Shown piece by piece: positions 43,152-52,518 of a stretch of DNA of 64,000 bases. The stretch covers positions 40,991 through 104,990 of the forward strand of contig JAJRVQ010000197.1 of the NCBI GenBank assembly GCA_024277255.1. Direction: 5' to 3'. Position 1 is the first letter of the stretch. Each line of letters opens with the position of its first letter. The translations under genes and the position numbers were made by a program. The stretch comes from Acidobacteriota bacterium (GTDB lineage: Bacteria > Acidobacteriota > Thermoanaerobaculia > Multivoradales > SZUA-115). The notes under the pieces were generated by a model that was not told the origin of the DNA, did not search any database, and was given only the letters and a program-made list of their open reading frames with translations.

Positions 43152-44726
43152 CTAGTGAACGCCTGACATCAGCTTTCTCACCGGCTTGATCAGTAACGCC
43201 ATGAGGATGGCCGCGACCAGGGAGGTGACGAAGACGGCGCCGAAGAGTTGCGGCATGGCGAACTGGTCGAAAACGCCCGCGACCCTCCCTCCGATGGAGT
43301 TGCCGACGGCCGCCGCCATGAACCAGACGCCCATCATTTGCCCGGTGATTCGGGCCGGCGCCAACTTGGTCATGGTGCTCAGACCCACGGGGCTGAGACA
43401 GAGTTCGCCGATGGTGTGCAGGAGATAGACGCTCAGCAACCAGCCGATGGTGACGCGATTGTTGTCCGGCCCCGAGAGCATCGCAGCGAAGGCCATCACC
43501 AAGAAACCGATCCCCAGGAAGAAAAGGCCAATCGAGAACTTCGTTGGACTCGACGGCTCCTTCTTCTTCTTGGCCAGCTTGATCCACAGGCCGGCAAAGA
43601 CCGGAGCCAGGATGACGATGAAAATGGCATTCGCCGACTGCCACCAGGTAGACGGGAAGGAAAAGCCGAAGATCTGGTTGGCGGTATTGCGGTCGGCGAA
43701 CAGCGTCAGCGTCGTGCCGGCCTGCTCGAAACCCGACCAGAAGAGTGCCGCGGCAAAGAAGAAGATAGGGATGGTGTACAGCCGCCGTCGCTCTTTGTCG
43801 CTCCACCCCTTCTGCAAGAACAGATAGATGAAGTAGGCAAAAGGCAGCGCGAGTACCGCCCAATTGAGCACCTTCACCAGGAGCGGCTCATGAGTGACTC
43901 CGCTCACGCTCTCCACCCCCACGGCACCGTTGGAGCCGGCGAGAGTATCCCAGTTGAACATCACACCACCGCCGATGACGACGACCGACACCCCCACGAT
44001 GATCCACAAGAAGAGCTTGTTCTTGGTGAAGGTCGCGTCGTCGCCCCGCCCAGCCGGTACCAGCCCCGCCTGTCCGAGACGAGGGCCGGTCAGGGCGTAC
44101 TGGACCAATCCGAGAGCCATGCCGACGGCGGCAGCGCCGAAGCCGAAGTGCCAGCTATTTGTTGGGTTGATTCCCCAGCCATCGAGCCAACCCTTGAACA
44201 TTGCGCTCTGCGCCAAGAAGCCGCAGGTGAGCGGTGCCAAGAAAGCGCCGAGGTTGATCCCCATATAGAAAATCGAGAACCCGGCATCGCGGCGCACATC
44301 CTCCTCTTTGTACAGCTGCCCGACCATCGTGCTGATATTGGGCTTCAGCAGGCCGGTACCGACGACGATCAGGAAGAGTCCGAGGTAGAAGGTCAAGATG
44401 CCATGGAACATCAAACTGATGTGGCCCAGCATGATGACGAATCCGCCGATGAAGACGGCGCGGCGCTGGCCGATGATCCGGTCGGCGATCCAGCCGCCCG
44501 GCACCGCCGTCATGTAGACCATGGCGGTGTAGAGGCCGTAGATGGGACCCGCCTTGCCGGTGGACCAACCCAGCCCTCCTTCCAGTGCCGGCTTGGTCAT
44601 GAAGAGCATGAGGAGGGCGCGCATTCCGTAGTAACTGAAGCGCTCCCACATCTCGGTAAAGAAGAGGGTCGAAAGCCCTCGTGGATGGCCGAACCACTGT
44701 TTTCCGTCGACGCCTGGGGCGCTCAT
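43152..44726 (-). CDS. POT/PTR2 family di-/tripeptide:proton symporter
   Basis: GHPRGLSTLFFTEMWERFSYYGMRALL, GGWIADRIIGQRR. Trimmed to ATG 44726 (GGGAGG upstream). The 90-aa extension in the track ORF has no counterpart in the family. Confidence 0.88.
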   Translation of the reverse strand: MSAPGVDGKQWFGHPRGLSTLFFTEMWERFSYYGMRALLMLFMTKPALEGGLGWSTGKAGPIYGLYTAMVYMTAVPGGWIADRIIGQRRAVFIGGFVIMLGHISLMFHGILTFYLGLFLIVVGTGLLKPNISTMVGQLYKEEDVRRDAGFSIFYMGINLGAFLAPLTCGFLAQSAMFKGWLDGWGINPTNSWHFGFGAAAVGMALGLVQYALTGPRLGQAGLVPAGRGDDATFTKNKLFLWIIVGVSVVVIGGGVMFNWDTLAGSNGAVGVESVSGVTHEPLLVKVLNWAVLALPFAYFIYLFLQKGWSDKERRRLYTIPIFFFAAALFWSGFEQAGTTLTLFADRNTANQIFGFSFPSTWWQSANAIFIVILAPVFAGLWIKLAKKKKEPSSPTKFSIGLFFLGIGFLVMAFAAMLSGPDNNRVTIGWLLSVYLLHTIGELCLSPVGLSTMTKLAPARITGQMMGVWFMAAAVGNSIGGRVAGVFDQFAMPQLFGAVFVTSLVAAILMALLIKPVRKLMSGVH

Positions 44727-44994
44727 CGCGTGCTTTGCCTCCCTCGCATGCCGGGCAAAGCCCGGGTGGTGTACGGTCACGGCCAGGCCCTCTGAAGGCG
44801 CTCGCCAAGAAGCTACAGACGGACCGCTACCTGCAAGCCCGCTGCCGACCTCTCTGACGACCCCTCCGAGCCGGAGCCTCGACGCTAAACCTGATGGCAA
44901 TCTTCTAGTACCGGCGTAGGATAGGGGATCGGCCGTTGGCCTGCAAGGCTGACCACACTCAAGTCGCCCGGTGTCCTCCTGCGAGGGCACCACT

Positions 44995-45019
44995 GCCTCC
45001 CCCTAGCGCCTCCCCCTAG
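44995..45019. repeat. 13-bp direct repeat x2 (GCCTCCCCCTAG[C/A])
   Basis: Units at 44995..45006 and 45008..45019 are identical 12-mers, in the spacer between tRNA-Pro and the POT gene. Confidence 0.8.
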
Positions 45020-45073
45020 AGGTCCTGCCGACTGGGCCAGCGCGCCGCCGTCAGCGGGTTAGGTCGAGGGAAA

Positions 45074-45150
45074 TGGTCGGGGCGAGAGGATTCGAACCTC
45101 CGGCCTCACGGACCCGAACCGTGCGCTCTACCAGGCTGAGCTACGCCCCG
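45074..45150 (-). tRNA. tRNA-Pro (anticodon CGG), CCA encoded
   Basis: 77 nt, folded by hand. Acceptor CGGGGCG/CGCCCCG, D-arm GCTC-AGCCTGGTA-GAGC, anticodon arm CACGG-TTCGGGT-CCGTG, variable AGGCC, T-arm GGAGG-TTCGAAT-CCTCT, A-CCA. Confidence 0.93.
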
Positions 45151-45225
45151 ACGGGAAACTGCACGCCAGCGGAGAGAGTCATGGCTGAAGCCTCAATTCG
45201 GGCCCGCCTCGGCGCGCGATGGGGG

Positions 45226-45254
45226 AGGATACCTGTCCAGCCGAGTGCGGTCAA
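45226..45254 (-). promoter_or_regulatory. candidate promoter TTGACC-N17-TATCCT for tRNA-Pro
   Basis: Minus strand TTGACC (45254..45249) and TATCCT (45231..45226), about 75 nt upstream of the mature tRNA 5' end. Confidence 0.4.
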
Positions 45255-45391
45255 TCCCCGTCTTCAGGCTGGGATAGAATGGCAGCTCACCAACACGAAG
45301 GCCATCCAATCGGGAGCGTCTCGCTTGTCCTTCTCATCGACCAGAAACACTCCGGCCTCATAGAGTCCAATGACCACCGCAAGCAAGGCCG

Positions 45392-47572
45392 ATGAGCCTT
45401 TGCGGCGGCGGGGGAACTGAAACCGTGGCTACTGCTGCTTTTCACCTTGAAGTCGGCCAGGACCGCCTGGCTACTCTCACCTTCGACCTGCCGGGCAAAA
45501 AGGTCAACATCTTCAACCAAGCGGTGCTCGAAGAACTGGCCGCTCTGATTCCACAATTGGCCCAGCGGCGCGACATCGGCTGCCTCATCCTGTTGTCGGG
45601 TAAACCCGGTTGTTTCATCGCCGGTGCCGACGTCGAGGCCATCGCCGGAGTAACCGACCCCAACGAGGCTCTGGAGGGGATCCGCGGCGGACAGGAGCTG
45701 TTCTCAGCTTGGCAAGAACTCCCCTTCCCGACCGTCGCCGCCGTCGACGGCCTCTGCCTTGGCGGCGGGGTCGAGATCGCCCTGGCCTCCAGCTTCCGCC
45801 TGGTCAGCGACGGCTCCGCCAGCCGCTTCGGCCTGCCCGAGGTCAAGCTCGGCATCGTTCCGGCCTGGGGCGGCTGCACCCGCCTGCCGCGGCTCGTCGG
45901 CCTTCCCGGCGCGCTCGACATGCTGCTGACCGGGAAAAACGTCTACCCCAGGAAGGCGTTGAAGCTCGGCCTGGTCGACGGTCTGATTCCCCAGTCGGCC
46001 TTTCTGCACCAGGTCCGCGAGTTCGCCGGCGCCCACGTCGATTCCAAGAAGCGGCCCGCCGATCGCGCGGACTTCAAAGAGCTGCTGCTGGAGAAGAACC
46101 CGCTCGGCCGTAAGCTGGTCTTCGACCAGGCGCGCAAGAAGACGCTCGAGATGAGCGGCGGCCACTACCCGGCTCCGCTGCGCATCATCGAAGTGGTCCG
46201 CGTCGGTATCGACGACGGCATGAAGGCCGGATTCGAGGCCGAACAACGCGCCGCCTCCGAGCTGGTCGTCGGCGCCGTCAGCAAGAATCTCATTCACGTC
46301 TTCCAGCTGATGGAAGGGGTCAAGAAGACGGAGAATCGGCCGGCGGGGACTCCACGCTCGGTGAGCCGCGCCGCGGTACTCGGCGCCGGCGTGATGGGCG
46401 GCGGCATCGCGCAGCTCATCGCCGACAAGATGGGAATTCCGGTTCGGGTCAAGGACATCGGCGCCGAAGCGCTGGCCAGCGGCATGAGCCACGCCTCCGG
46501 CCTCTTCGCCAAGCGGGTCAAGAAGCGCCGCCTGCGGCCCGACCAGGCCGCCCGCAAGATGGCGCTGATTCAGCCCACTCTGACCTACGATGGATTCGAA
46601 CGCTGCGACCTGCTGATCGAAGCCATCATCGAGAAATTGGGCATCAAGCAGAAGGTTTTCGCCGAGGTCGAGAGCAAGATGGCGGAGGGCGCCGTGCTGG
46701 CCTCCAACACGTCGTCGCTTTCGATCGACGCCATCGGGGCCGAAACCTCGAATCGGGGCCAGGTCGTCGGCATGCACTTCTTCAACCCGGCCGACAAGAT
46801 GCCGCTGGTCGAGGTGATCGCCGGCGAGAAGTCCGACCCCGACGCCGTGCGCACGATCTACGACCTGGCGCTCAAGCTCGGCAAGACGCCGGTCCTCGTC
46901 CGCGACGCTCCCGGTTTCCTGGTCAATCGGCTGCTGATGTTCTACAGCTCCGAGGCTCTCTGGCTGCTCGATGAAGGGTACGCGATCGAAGATGTCGATC
47001 GCGCCATGAAGGACTGGGGGATGCCGCTGGGACCACTGGCGCTGACCGACGATGTCGGCATCGATGTCGCGGTCAAGGTGGCCCACATCCTCAGCGAGGC
47101 CTTCGGCGATCGGCTGCCCACACCCGAGTGGCTCGACAAGGCCAGTGAACCAGGGCGGTTGGGGAGCAAGACCGGCTCAGGCTTCTACCGCTACGACGGT
47201 CGCAAGCGGCTCGATCCCGACCGTCAGATCTACCGCATCCTGGGCTTGACGCCGCGCGTTCAAGACCCCGATCCGGCACAGATCGCCGAGCGGCTGGTGC
47301 TGCCGATGGTCAACGAAGCGGCGCGCTGCCTCAGCGAGGGCGTGGTGCGGGATCCGGGTAGCCTCGACCTCGCCATGATCATGGGGACCGGCTTCCCGCC
47401 CTTCCGCGGCGGCCTCTGCCGCTGGGCCGACGCACAGGGGCTGAGCCCGATCGTCGACCTGCTCGAAGAGTTCGCGGAATCGATCAGCCCGCGCTTCATG
47501 CCCAGCGACAGCCTGCGGGCAGCGGCCCAGAGCGGCGGTTTCTACCGCCACAGGTGGTCAGGAGGAAAGTAG
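45392..47572 (+). CDS. fatty-acid oxidation multifunctional protein (enoyl-CoA hydratase / 3-hydroxyacyl-CoA dehydrogenase), FadJ/FadB-like
   Basis: Crotonase part (FIAGADV, GGGVEIALA, GLPEVKLGIVPAWGG). HAD part (VLGAGVMGGGIA Rossmann, NTSSLSI, GMHFFNP). Start is ATG 45392 or GTG 45425. Confidence 0.88.
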   Translation: MSLCGGGGTETVATAAFHLEVGQDRLATLTFDLPGKKVNIFNQAVLEELAALIPQLAQRRDIGCLILLSGKPGCFIAGADVEAIAGVTDPNEALEGIRGGQELFSAWQELPFPTVAAVDGLCLGGGVEIALASSFRLVSDGSASRFGLPEVKLGIVPAWGGCTRLPRLVGLPGALDMLLTGKNVYPRKALKLGLVDGLIPQSAFLHQVREFAGAHVDSKKRPADRADFKELLLEKNPLGRKLVFDQARKKTLEMSGGHYPAPLRIIEVVRVGIDDGMKAGFEAEQRAASELVVGAVSKNLIHVFQLMEGVKKTENRPAGTPRSVSRAAVLGAGVMGGGIAQLIADKMGIPVRVKDIGAEALASGMSHASGLFAKRVKKRRLRPDQAARKMALIQPTLTYDGFERCDLLIEAIIEKLGIKQKVFAEVESKMAEGAVLASNTSSLSIDAIGAETSNRGQVVGMHFFNPADKMPLVEVIAGEKSDPDAVRTIYDLALKLGKTPVLVRDAPGFLVNRLLMFYSSEALWLLDEGYAIEDVDRAMKDWGMPLGPLALTDDVGIDVAVKVAHILSEAFGDRLPTPEWLDKASEPGRLGSKTGSGFYRYDGRKRLDPDRQIYRILGLTPRVQDPDPAQIAERLVLPMVNEAARCLSEGVVRDPGSLDLAMIMGTGFPPFRGGLCRWADAQGLSPIVDLLEEFAESISPRFMPSDSLRAAAQSGGFYRHRWSGGK

Positions 47573-47640
47573 GCGGCACGGCTCTTGCTACTCAAGACGC
47601 CTGCAACCTCGCAGCGCCCGCAAACCAAGGAGATCGACGA

Positions 47641-48771
47641 ATGAACAGCCAACTCCGACTGCCTACCCGCCTGAGCACAGCAGCGTTCCTATGCTTCCTG
47701 CCGCTCGTGACCGCCCTGCCCTCCGCGGCGCAGGACCCATCCGCCCAGCCTGAGGCGCAAGAGCAGGCAGTTCCGTTCACCGGCGAGGTGGACGTCACCG
47801 AGGTTCTCCTCGACGTCCTGGTTACCGACAAGCAGGGCAACGTCGTCGTCGGACTCGCGGCGGACGACTTCGTGGTCCAGGAAGACGGCGAGCCGGTGGT
47901 CCTTTCGGACCTCGTCTTCTACAGCAACCGCAAGTTGCTCGATCCCGCCGCCACCGGGGGCAGGATCGACACCACCACCCAACGCCGTTACTTCATCCTC
48001 TTTTTCCAGGAGCAGCAACGCAACGACTCTACCGGCGCACAGCTGCTGAAGCGGCAAATGCAGGCGGCTCGTGACGCACGGCAGTGGGTGAAAAAGCAGA
48101 CCTTGCTCGACGACTGGATCGCCGTGGTCAGCTATGACAACCGCCTGGTCATGCACAGCGATTTCACCAATGACAAAGCCGCCTTGACGCGAGCGATCGA
48201 CTCGGCGGTCACCGGCAAAGACCCCGGCACACAATGGCCTTCGCGAGCTCCGAAAACCGGTGAGATCTCGCTCCTCTACTACCTGCCGAAGGGCAACGCA
48301 CTGCGCGACGAGTCCGAGACCATCTACGACGCTCTGCAGACCCTGGCCCGCTCCGCCGGCAACACCGTCGGGCGCAAGAACCTGGTGATGTTCGCCACCG
48401 GCTTCGGCGAGATCAACGAACTCGGCCTCTACCGGCCCGACAAGCGCTACTTCCTACCGACCGTGCAGGCGCTCAACGACAACAACGTGGCCGCCTACAC
48501 CGTCGAGATGGCCCCCGCCAGCATCGAATACCAACTGGCCAACGGCCTCAACCAGCTGGCGGACGAGACCGGCGGGCGTTATCAGTTCAACTTCACCCGC
48601 TTCTTGACCCCGCTCAAGGAGATCTCCAGCGAGAACAGCGGCTACTACTTGTTGAGCTATCGCTCCAGCCACCCGCGAGGCGAGAGCGGCTTTCAGCGCG
48701 TCAAGGTTGACGCCCGCAACCCGGAGTTCCAAGTCCGCGCCCGCGAAGGCTACAGCTACGGCAACCCATAA
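47641..48771 (+). CDS. VWFA-related domain protein (TIGR03436-like, Acidobacterial type)
   Basis: AGGAG SD and a signal peptide. VDVTEVLLDVLVTDKQGNVVVGLAADDFVVQEDGEPVVL is typical of that family's N-domain, followed by a VWA-like fold. Confidence 0.75.
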   Translation: MNSQLRLPTRLSTAAFLCFLPLVTALPSAAQDPSAQPEAQEQAVPFTGEVDVTEVLLDVLVTDKQGNVVVGLAADDFVVQEDGEPVVLSDLVFYSNRKLLDPAATGGRIDTTTQRRYFILFFQEQQRNDSTGAQLLKRQMQAARDARQWVKKQTLLDDWIAVVSYDNRLVMHSDFTNDKAALTRAIDSAVTGKDPGTQWPSRAPKTGEISLLYYLPKGNALRDESETIYDALQTLARSAGNTVGRKNLVMFATGFGEINELGLYRPDKRYFLPTVQALNDNNVAAYTVEMAPASIEYQLANGLNQLADETGGRYQFNFTRFLTPLKEISSENSGYYLLSYRSSHPRGESGFQRVKVDARNPEFQVRAREGYSYGNP

Positions 48772-48867
48772 CCTCCAACGCTGCCAAGTCTCTTCGAGTA
48801 GAACCTTGAGCCAAGGACAGCGAGCCCAGCAAGGCGAGCCGGGCCGAAGGCCCTGAGCTTTGGGGGA

Positions 48868-48899
48868 GAGCCGACAAGAACCACGCTTCTTGTCGGCTC
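48868..48899. terminator. hairpin between convergent genes
   Basis: GAGCCGACAAGAA-CCACGC-TTCTTGTCGGCTC, a 13-bp perfect stem. It is flanked by smaller hairpins GGGCC-GAA-GGCCC (48841..48853) and TCGGGGG-N11-CCCCCGA (48898..48922). Confidence 0.55.
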
Positions 48900-48928
48900 G
48901 GGGGACTGAAGAAGCCCCCCGAAAAAGG

Positions 48929-49699
48929 TCACACGACCCGAACCATGAGAACCGTCACGTTGTCCAGACCACCGCGACTATTGGCCTCTTGCACCAGTAG
49001 GCGGCAGATCTTGTCGAGTGATCGGTGCTCGGTGACCAACCCCTGGATCTCGGAGTCTCTGAGCATCGTGGTCAGGCCGTCGGAACACAAGAGGTAGAGA
49101 TCGCCGGGTTCGACGTCGATCTCTTGTAGGTCGACATCGATCTCCGCGTCGCCGCCGAGCGCGCGGGTGACGACGTTCTTCAGCGGGTGAGTGCGGGCCT
49201 GATCCTCGGAGAGAAATCCGGCGAGCACCTGCTCGTTGACCCAGGTGTGATCCTGGGTCAGACACTCGAGAACACCCTCGCGCAGACGGTAGACGCGGCT
49301 ATCTCCGACATGCGCCACCGCCGCGGTGTCGCGGCTGAGCAGGAAGCTGGCGACCGTCGTGCCCATGCCGTGCAGAGAAACGTCGCGCTGGATCGCTGTG
49401 AGGACGCTGTTGTGAGCCAACCGGATGGCGCTCTTGAGCGCATTGGAATGGTGCTGGAAGTTCGCCTCGTAGGCGAACGGCCATGTCTGATCCTGATCGA
49501 GAGCTCGATCGACGAACTCGCGGATCGACTCGACGGCGATGCGCGAGGCGATCTCGCCGTGGCTGTGACCACCCATGCCGTCGGCGACCACGAACAGCTG
49601 CCGCTGTGCGTCGATCTCGAAGCAATCCTCGTTGTGAATGCGGATCATCCCGACATCGGAAAGTCCACATGCCTTGACCTGGAGCATCAGTTCGAACAA
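48929..49699 (-). CDS. PP2C-family Ser/Thr protein phosphatase
   Basis: NEDCF, VADGMGGH, LLCSDGL, GGLDNVTVLMV. Confidence 0.88.
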   Translation of the reverse strand: MFELMLQVKACGLSDVGMIRIHNEDCFEIDAQRQLFVVADGMGGHSHGEIASRIAVESIREFVDRALDQDQTWPFAYEANFQHHSNALKSAIRLAHNSVLTAIQRDVSLHGMGTTVASFLLSRDTAAVAHVGDSRVYRLREGVLECLTQDHTWVNEQVLAGFLSEDQARTHPLKNVVTRALGGDAEIDVDLQEIDVEPGDLYLLCSDGLTTMLRDSEIQGLVTEHRSLDKICRLLVQEANSRGGLDNVTVLMVRVV

Positions 49700-50335
49700 T
49701 TACCCGAAGAAACCACTACGGCCCTTCTCGGAAGACTTGCGCAGTGAGCGAAGCCATTCCTCGACCTCGGGGTCACTCCCACCCCACTTCAAGGCCTCAT
49801 TGAAATAGTGTTCCGCGCGCTCAATCCTACCTGCTGACTCGAGGATTCGCCCAGCCAACTTCAGATAATCGGCGTTCATCGGCTCCAACTCGCAAGCGCG
49901 CACGACCGCATCCGGGGCGCGCGAGCGCCACTTGCGATCCTGACTGGCGGCCAGCGCCAGGTGGTGCCAGGCGCGTGCGCTCATCGGCTGAGCCTTGCAG
50001 GCGCGATCGAAATTGTCCGCAGCTTGGCTGAAGTTGCGATCTTTGTACGACTTGCTCCCGCGCTGCATGTAGACCCGCGCCAACTGGCCCGGATCGCTCT
50101 GCTGAGCCGTCGTCGGCCGCGAAATCTCTAGATCGTGAGCCCGCCGCGAAGTCGGATTGTCCAGGATGTTGAAGGCCTGAGTAATCTCCTGGAACTCGAT
50201 CTCCGCCCGCTCCTTTTCCTCGCCCTGAAAGCGGTCGGGGTGACGGGTGCGCACCAATTCGCGAAACCGCGCCCGCAGCTGTTCCCGGGTTGCGTTCTGC
50301 TGCACAGCCAGAACGTTGTAGAAATTCTTCACCAT
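49700..50335 (-). CDS. J-domain (DnaJ-like) protein with TPR-like C-terminus
   Basis: NFYNVLAVQQNATREQLRARFRELVRTRHPDRF (HPD motif), then TPR-like helices. The stop abuts the PP2C ATG. Confidence 0.8.
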   Translation of the reverse strand: MVKNFYNVLAVQQNATREQLRARFRELVRTRHPDRFQGEEKERAEIEFQEITQAFNILDNPTSRRAHDLEISRPTTAQQSDPGQLARVYMQRGSKSYKDRNFSQAADNFDRACKAQPMSARAWHHLALAASQDRKWRSRAPDAVVRACELEPMNADYLKLAGRILESAGRIERAEHYFNEALKWGGSDPEVEEWLRSLRKSSEKGRSGFFG

Positions 50336-50398
50336 GATTGACTCGTAGCAGCCCCGACAGACTCTCGGGGTTGCGCACTTTAGCAGATCGTCGCCATC

Positions 50399-51442
50399 CT
50401 ATCGAGATTTCACCAGGTACAGCCGCCCGGCTCTGGTACGTACAGCGTCAGGAATGTTGCGATTTCGGCTCAAGTTGCGTAGATCGCGCAATCCCAAGCG
50501 ACCCACCAAGCGCACCGATACGCCGACCGGGGTACGCGGGTTGCTGACCAGTGCCTGTACCACCGCGGTCTTGCTGACCCACTCCCGGCGGCGCCCTATC
50601 TCTTGGAGTACGTCATCGCAGACGCTACGGTTGCGGGCGATCTGCTCGGCCTCCTCATCGCCGATTCGATTGTTGAGCAGGGTCGCCACCGCGACCGTCG
50701 GGTTTGAATCGCGAATCAGAATCGAGCGCAGCGTCCGCGAAGCACCCTGGGTGAGGCGGCGGCGAATCGGTACCGTCAGCAGGCGGATCTGCCCTTCGCT
50801 CAAGCCGGTGACATCGTCCACATCCCCCTTGGTGGCCACCTTCTTGACCTCGGCGATCGCAGCCACAACCTCTTCATCGCTGACCTTTCGTCCATCGCCG
50901 CTATCCTCCCTTTCGCCATCTACCGGCTCAACGGCAGCCGCCTCCTTGGGGCGTAAGAGATGCTGCCGGTACTCACCGATACGGCGACGAACCGAGCTGT
51001 CTAGATGCGCGTTGCTTTCCAGAGCATCGAGAATGTCAGGGGACTCGACGATCGCGTCCTGGCGCAGGATCAGAATCTCCTGGCCCGCCACCGGCAAACG
51101 TGGCGCCATGGCGCGCAGCAGGTGATGAGGCATGTCCCGGCGACGCAGGAGCGCCTCGACGACCGTCGGGTGCTGCGCATCGCTGGCGAAGAAGGTGAGC
51201 TGCTCCTCCTCGGCCTCGGTGGCCACGAAGTCGGCCACGACCTCGGGCTCCGTGGCACGCAGGGCAGCGGCGGCACGGCCGGCGATCTCGGGATCGGTTT
51301 CGCGCGCCAACCCGACCTGGAGCGGGATCAACTCACTGGGCGGCAGAGGCAAATAGCCCCGTGCGGCGAGCAGCCTCAGTTCACGATTGGAGCTTTCGAG
51401 TACCCGCCGAGACAGAGCGTTTGGCTCAGCCACCGCCATCAA
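50399..51442 (-). CDS. hypothetical helical-repeat protein (LRV/HEAT-like, NPRTP motifs)
   Basis: VVQALVSNPRTPVGVSVRLVGRL...NRNIPDAVRTRAGRL. The C-terminal motif is shared with the product of 52519..53325. ATGA overlap with the rodZ stop. Confidence 0.6.
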   Translation of the reverse strand: MMAVAEPNALSRRVLESSNRELRLLAARGYLPLPPSELIPLQVGLARETDPEIAGRAAAALRATEPEVVADFVATEAEEEQLTFFASDAQHPTVVEALLRRRDMPHHLLRAMAPRLPVAGQEILILRQDAIVESPDILDALESNAHLDSSVRRRIGEYRQHLLRPKEAAAVEPVDGEREDSGDGRKVSDEEVVAAIAEVKKVATKGDVDDVTGLSEGQIRLLTVPIRRRLTQGASRTLRSILIRDSNPTVAVATLLNNRIGDEEAEQIARNRSVCDDVLQEIGRRREWVSKTAVVQALVSNPRTPVGVSVRLVGRLGLRDLRNLSRNRNIPDAVRTRAGRLYLVKSR

Positions 51443-52386
51443 GAGGGCCCGGTCAGTGCCTCCACGGTCTCGAGGTCGATGCGTGCCCGCGCCACCTGCC
51501 CCGATCCGCGGCCCAGAGAGTAGGGGTTTCCGTTGACGTACACTTCCACCGCCCCGGCATCACCGAGCTTCATCACCACCAGCCGCTCGGCGGCGATCTG
51601 AACCGACTCCCCTTCGACCCGCAACTCTTCGATTCGGCGCTGGTTGTCGACCTGAATCTCGACCCAGCAGTTGCGAGTGAAGTCGAGTGTTACGCGAATC
51701 GGTAAGCCGGAGGGGTTGGCGGCAGTCGCCCTCTCGGCTGGCCGACCGCCGAGTCGCGAACTCACCGCCGGCACGCCGCTGCTGCCACTCGCCGTGGCCG
51801 CGGGGTCAACGCCCGTCATCTCGCCGGTGGACTGGCCCGCCGCCGCGGAGTTCTGCGTCGCCGGCGTCAAGGCGGCCGAACTCGACGACGGCGCGGGATC
51901 CGCCGGACCGTCGAGTCGGTTGTCGCGCTGGCGTGAAGCGGCGCGAAACGAGAAGGCGTAGACCGCCAACAGTGCGATCGCCACCGCCAAGACCACCAAG
52001 AAGCTGTAGAGCCAACTGCTGTTCTTGCCCGAATTGTTGCCACCTGTCGCATTCTTCCCGGTGGTCTCGTCCTCTTCAGGTCCGAGGGCCTGCAGAGCGC
52101 TCTGGTAGAGGGTCACCGCCTCATCCGGATCCACGCCGATGAACTTGGCATACTCGCGCAGGAAACCCTGGGCGAAGATCGGCGCCGGCAGGCAGTCGAA
52201 CTGATCTCGCTCAAAGGCGTCGAGGTAGCGGCGGCTGATCTTCGTCACCGAGGCGATATCGGCCAGCTCGATCTGCCGCATCTCCCGCTGCCGGCGCAGC
52301 CAGGAACCGAAAGAAACCGGTTCATCATCGCCTTGCTGCCAAGGACGAGGTTTTGGGCTGGGCTTAGTACGTGGAGCCGAGGTCAT
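51439..52386 (-). CDS. rodZ: RodZ-like cytoskeleton protein (HTH + TM + DUF4115)
   Basis: FGSWLRRQREMRQIELADIASVTKISRRYLDAFERDQFDCLPAPIFAQGFLREYAKFIG, TM WLYSFLVVLAVAIALLAVYAF, and a C-terminal beta domain (WVEIQVDN...VVMKLGDAGAVEVYVNG). Confidence 0.82.
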   Translation of the reverse strand: MTSAPRTKPSPKPRPWQQGDDEPVSFGSWLRRQREMRQIELADIASVTKISRRYLDAFERDQFDCLPAPIFAQGFLREYAKFIGVDPDEAVTLYQSALQALGPEEDETTGKNATGGNNSGKNSSWLYSFLVVLAVAIALLAVYAFSFRAASRQRDNRLDGPADPAPSSSSAALTPATQNSAAAGQSTGEMTGVDPAATASGSSGVPAVSSRLGGRPAERATAANPSGLPIRVTLDFTRNCWVEIQVDNQRRIEELRVEGESVQIAAERLVVMKLGDAGAVEVYVNGNPYSLGRGSGQVARARIDLETVEALTGPS

Positions 52387-52518
52387 ACACTAAATAGTGT
52401 TGGAGCGCCTGATCAAGAAAGGCAGAAATGACGCCAGGTCAACAAGTTGACTGTTCTAGACATTCTCTCACAAGCGGCAAACAGCTCCAAACGGCACCGA
52501 CCGAGGGTAGTGGCGCGC

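Noticed and set aside
42335-45150. Genomic island or integrative element at tRNA-Pro carrying the TA pair
   Set aside because: I found no integrase, excisionase or transposase, and no duplicated tRNA 3'-end repeat. The POT transporter between the tRNA and the TA pair has host-like GC. Only the TA pair itself looks compositionally foreign.
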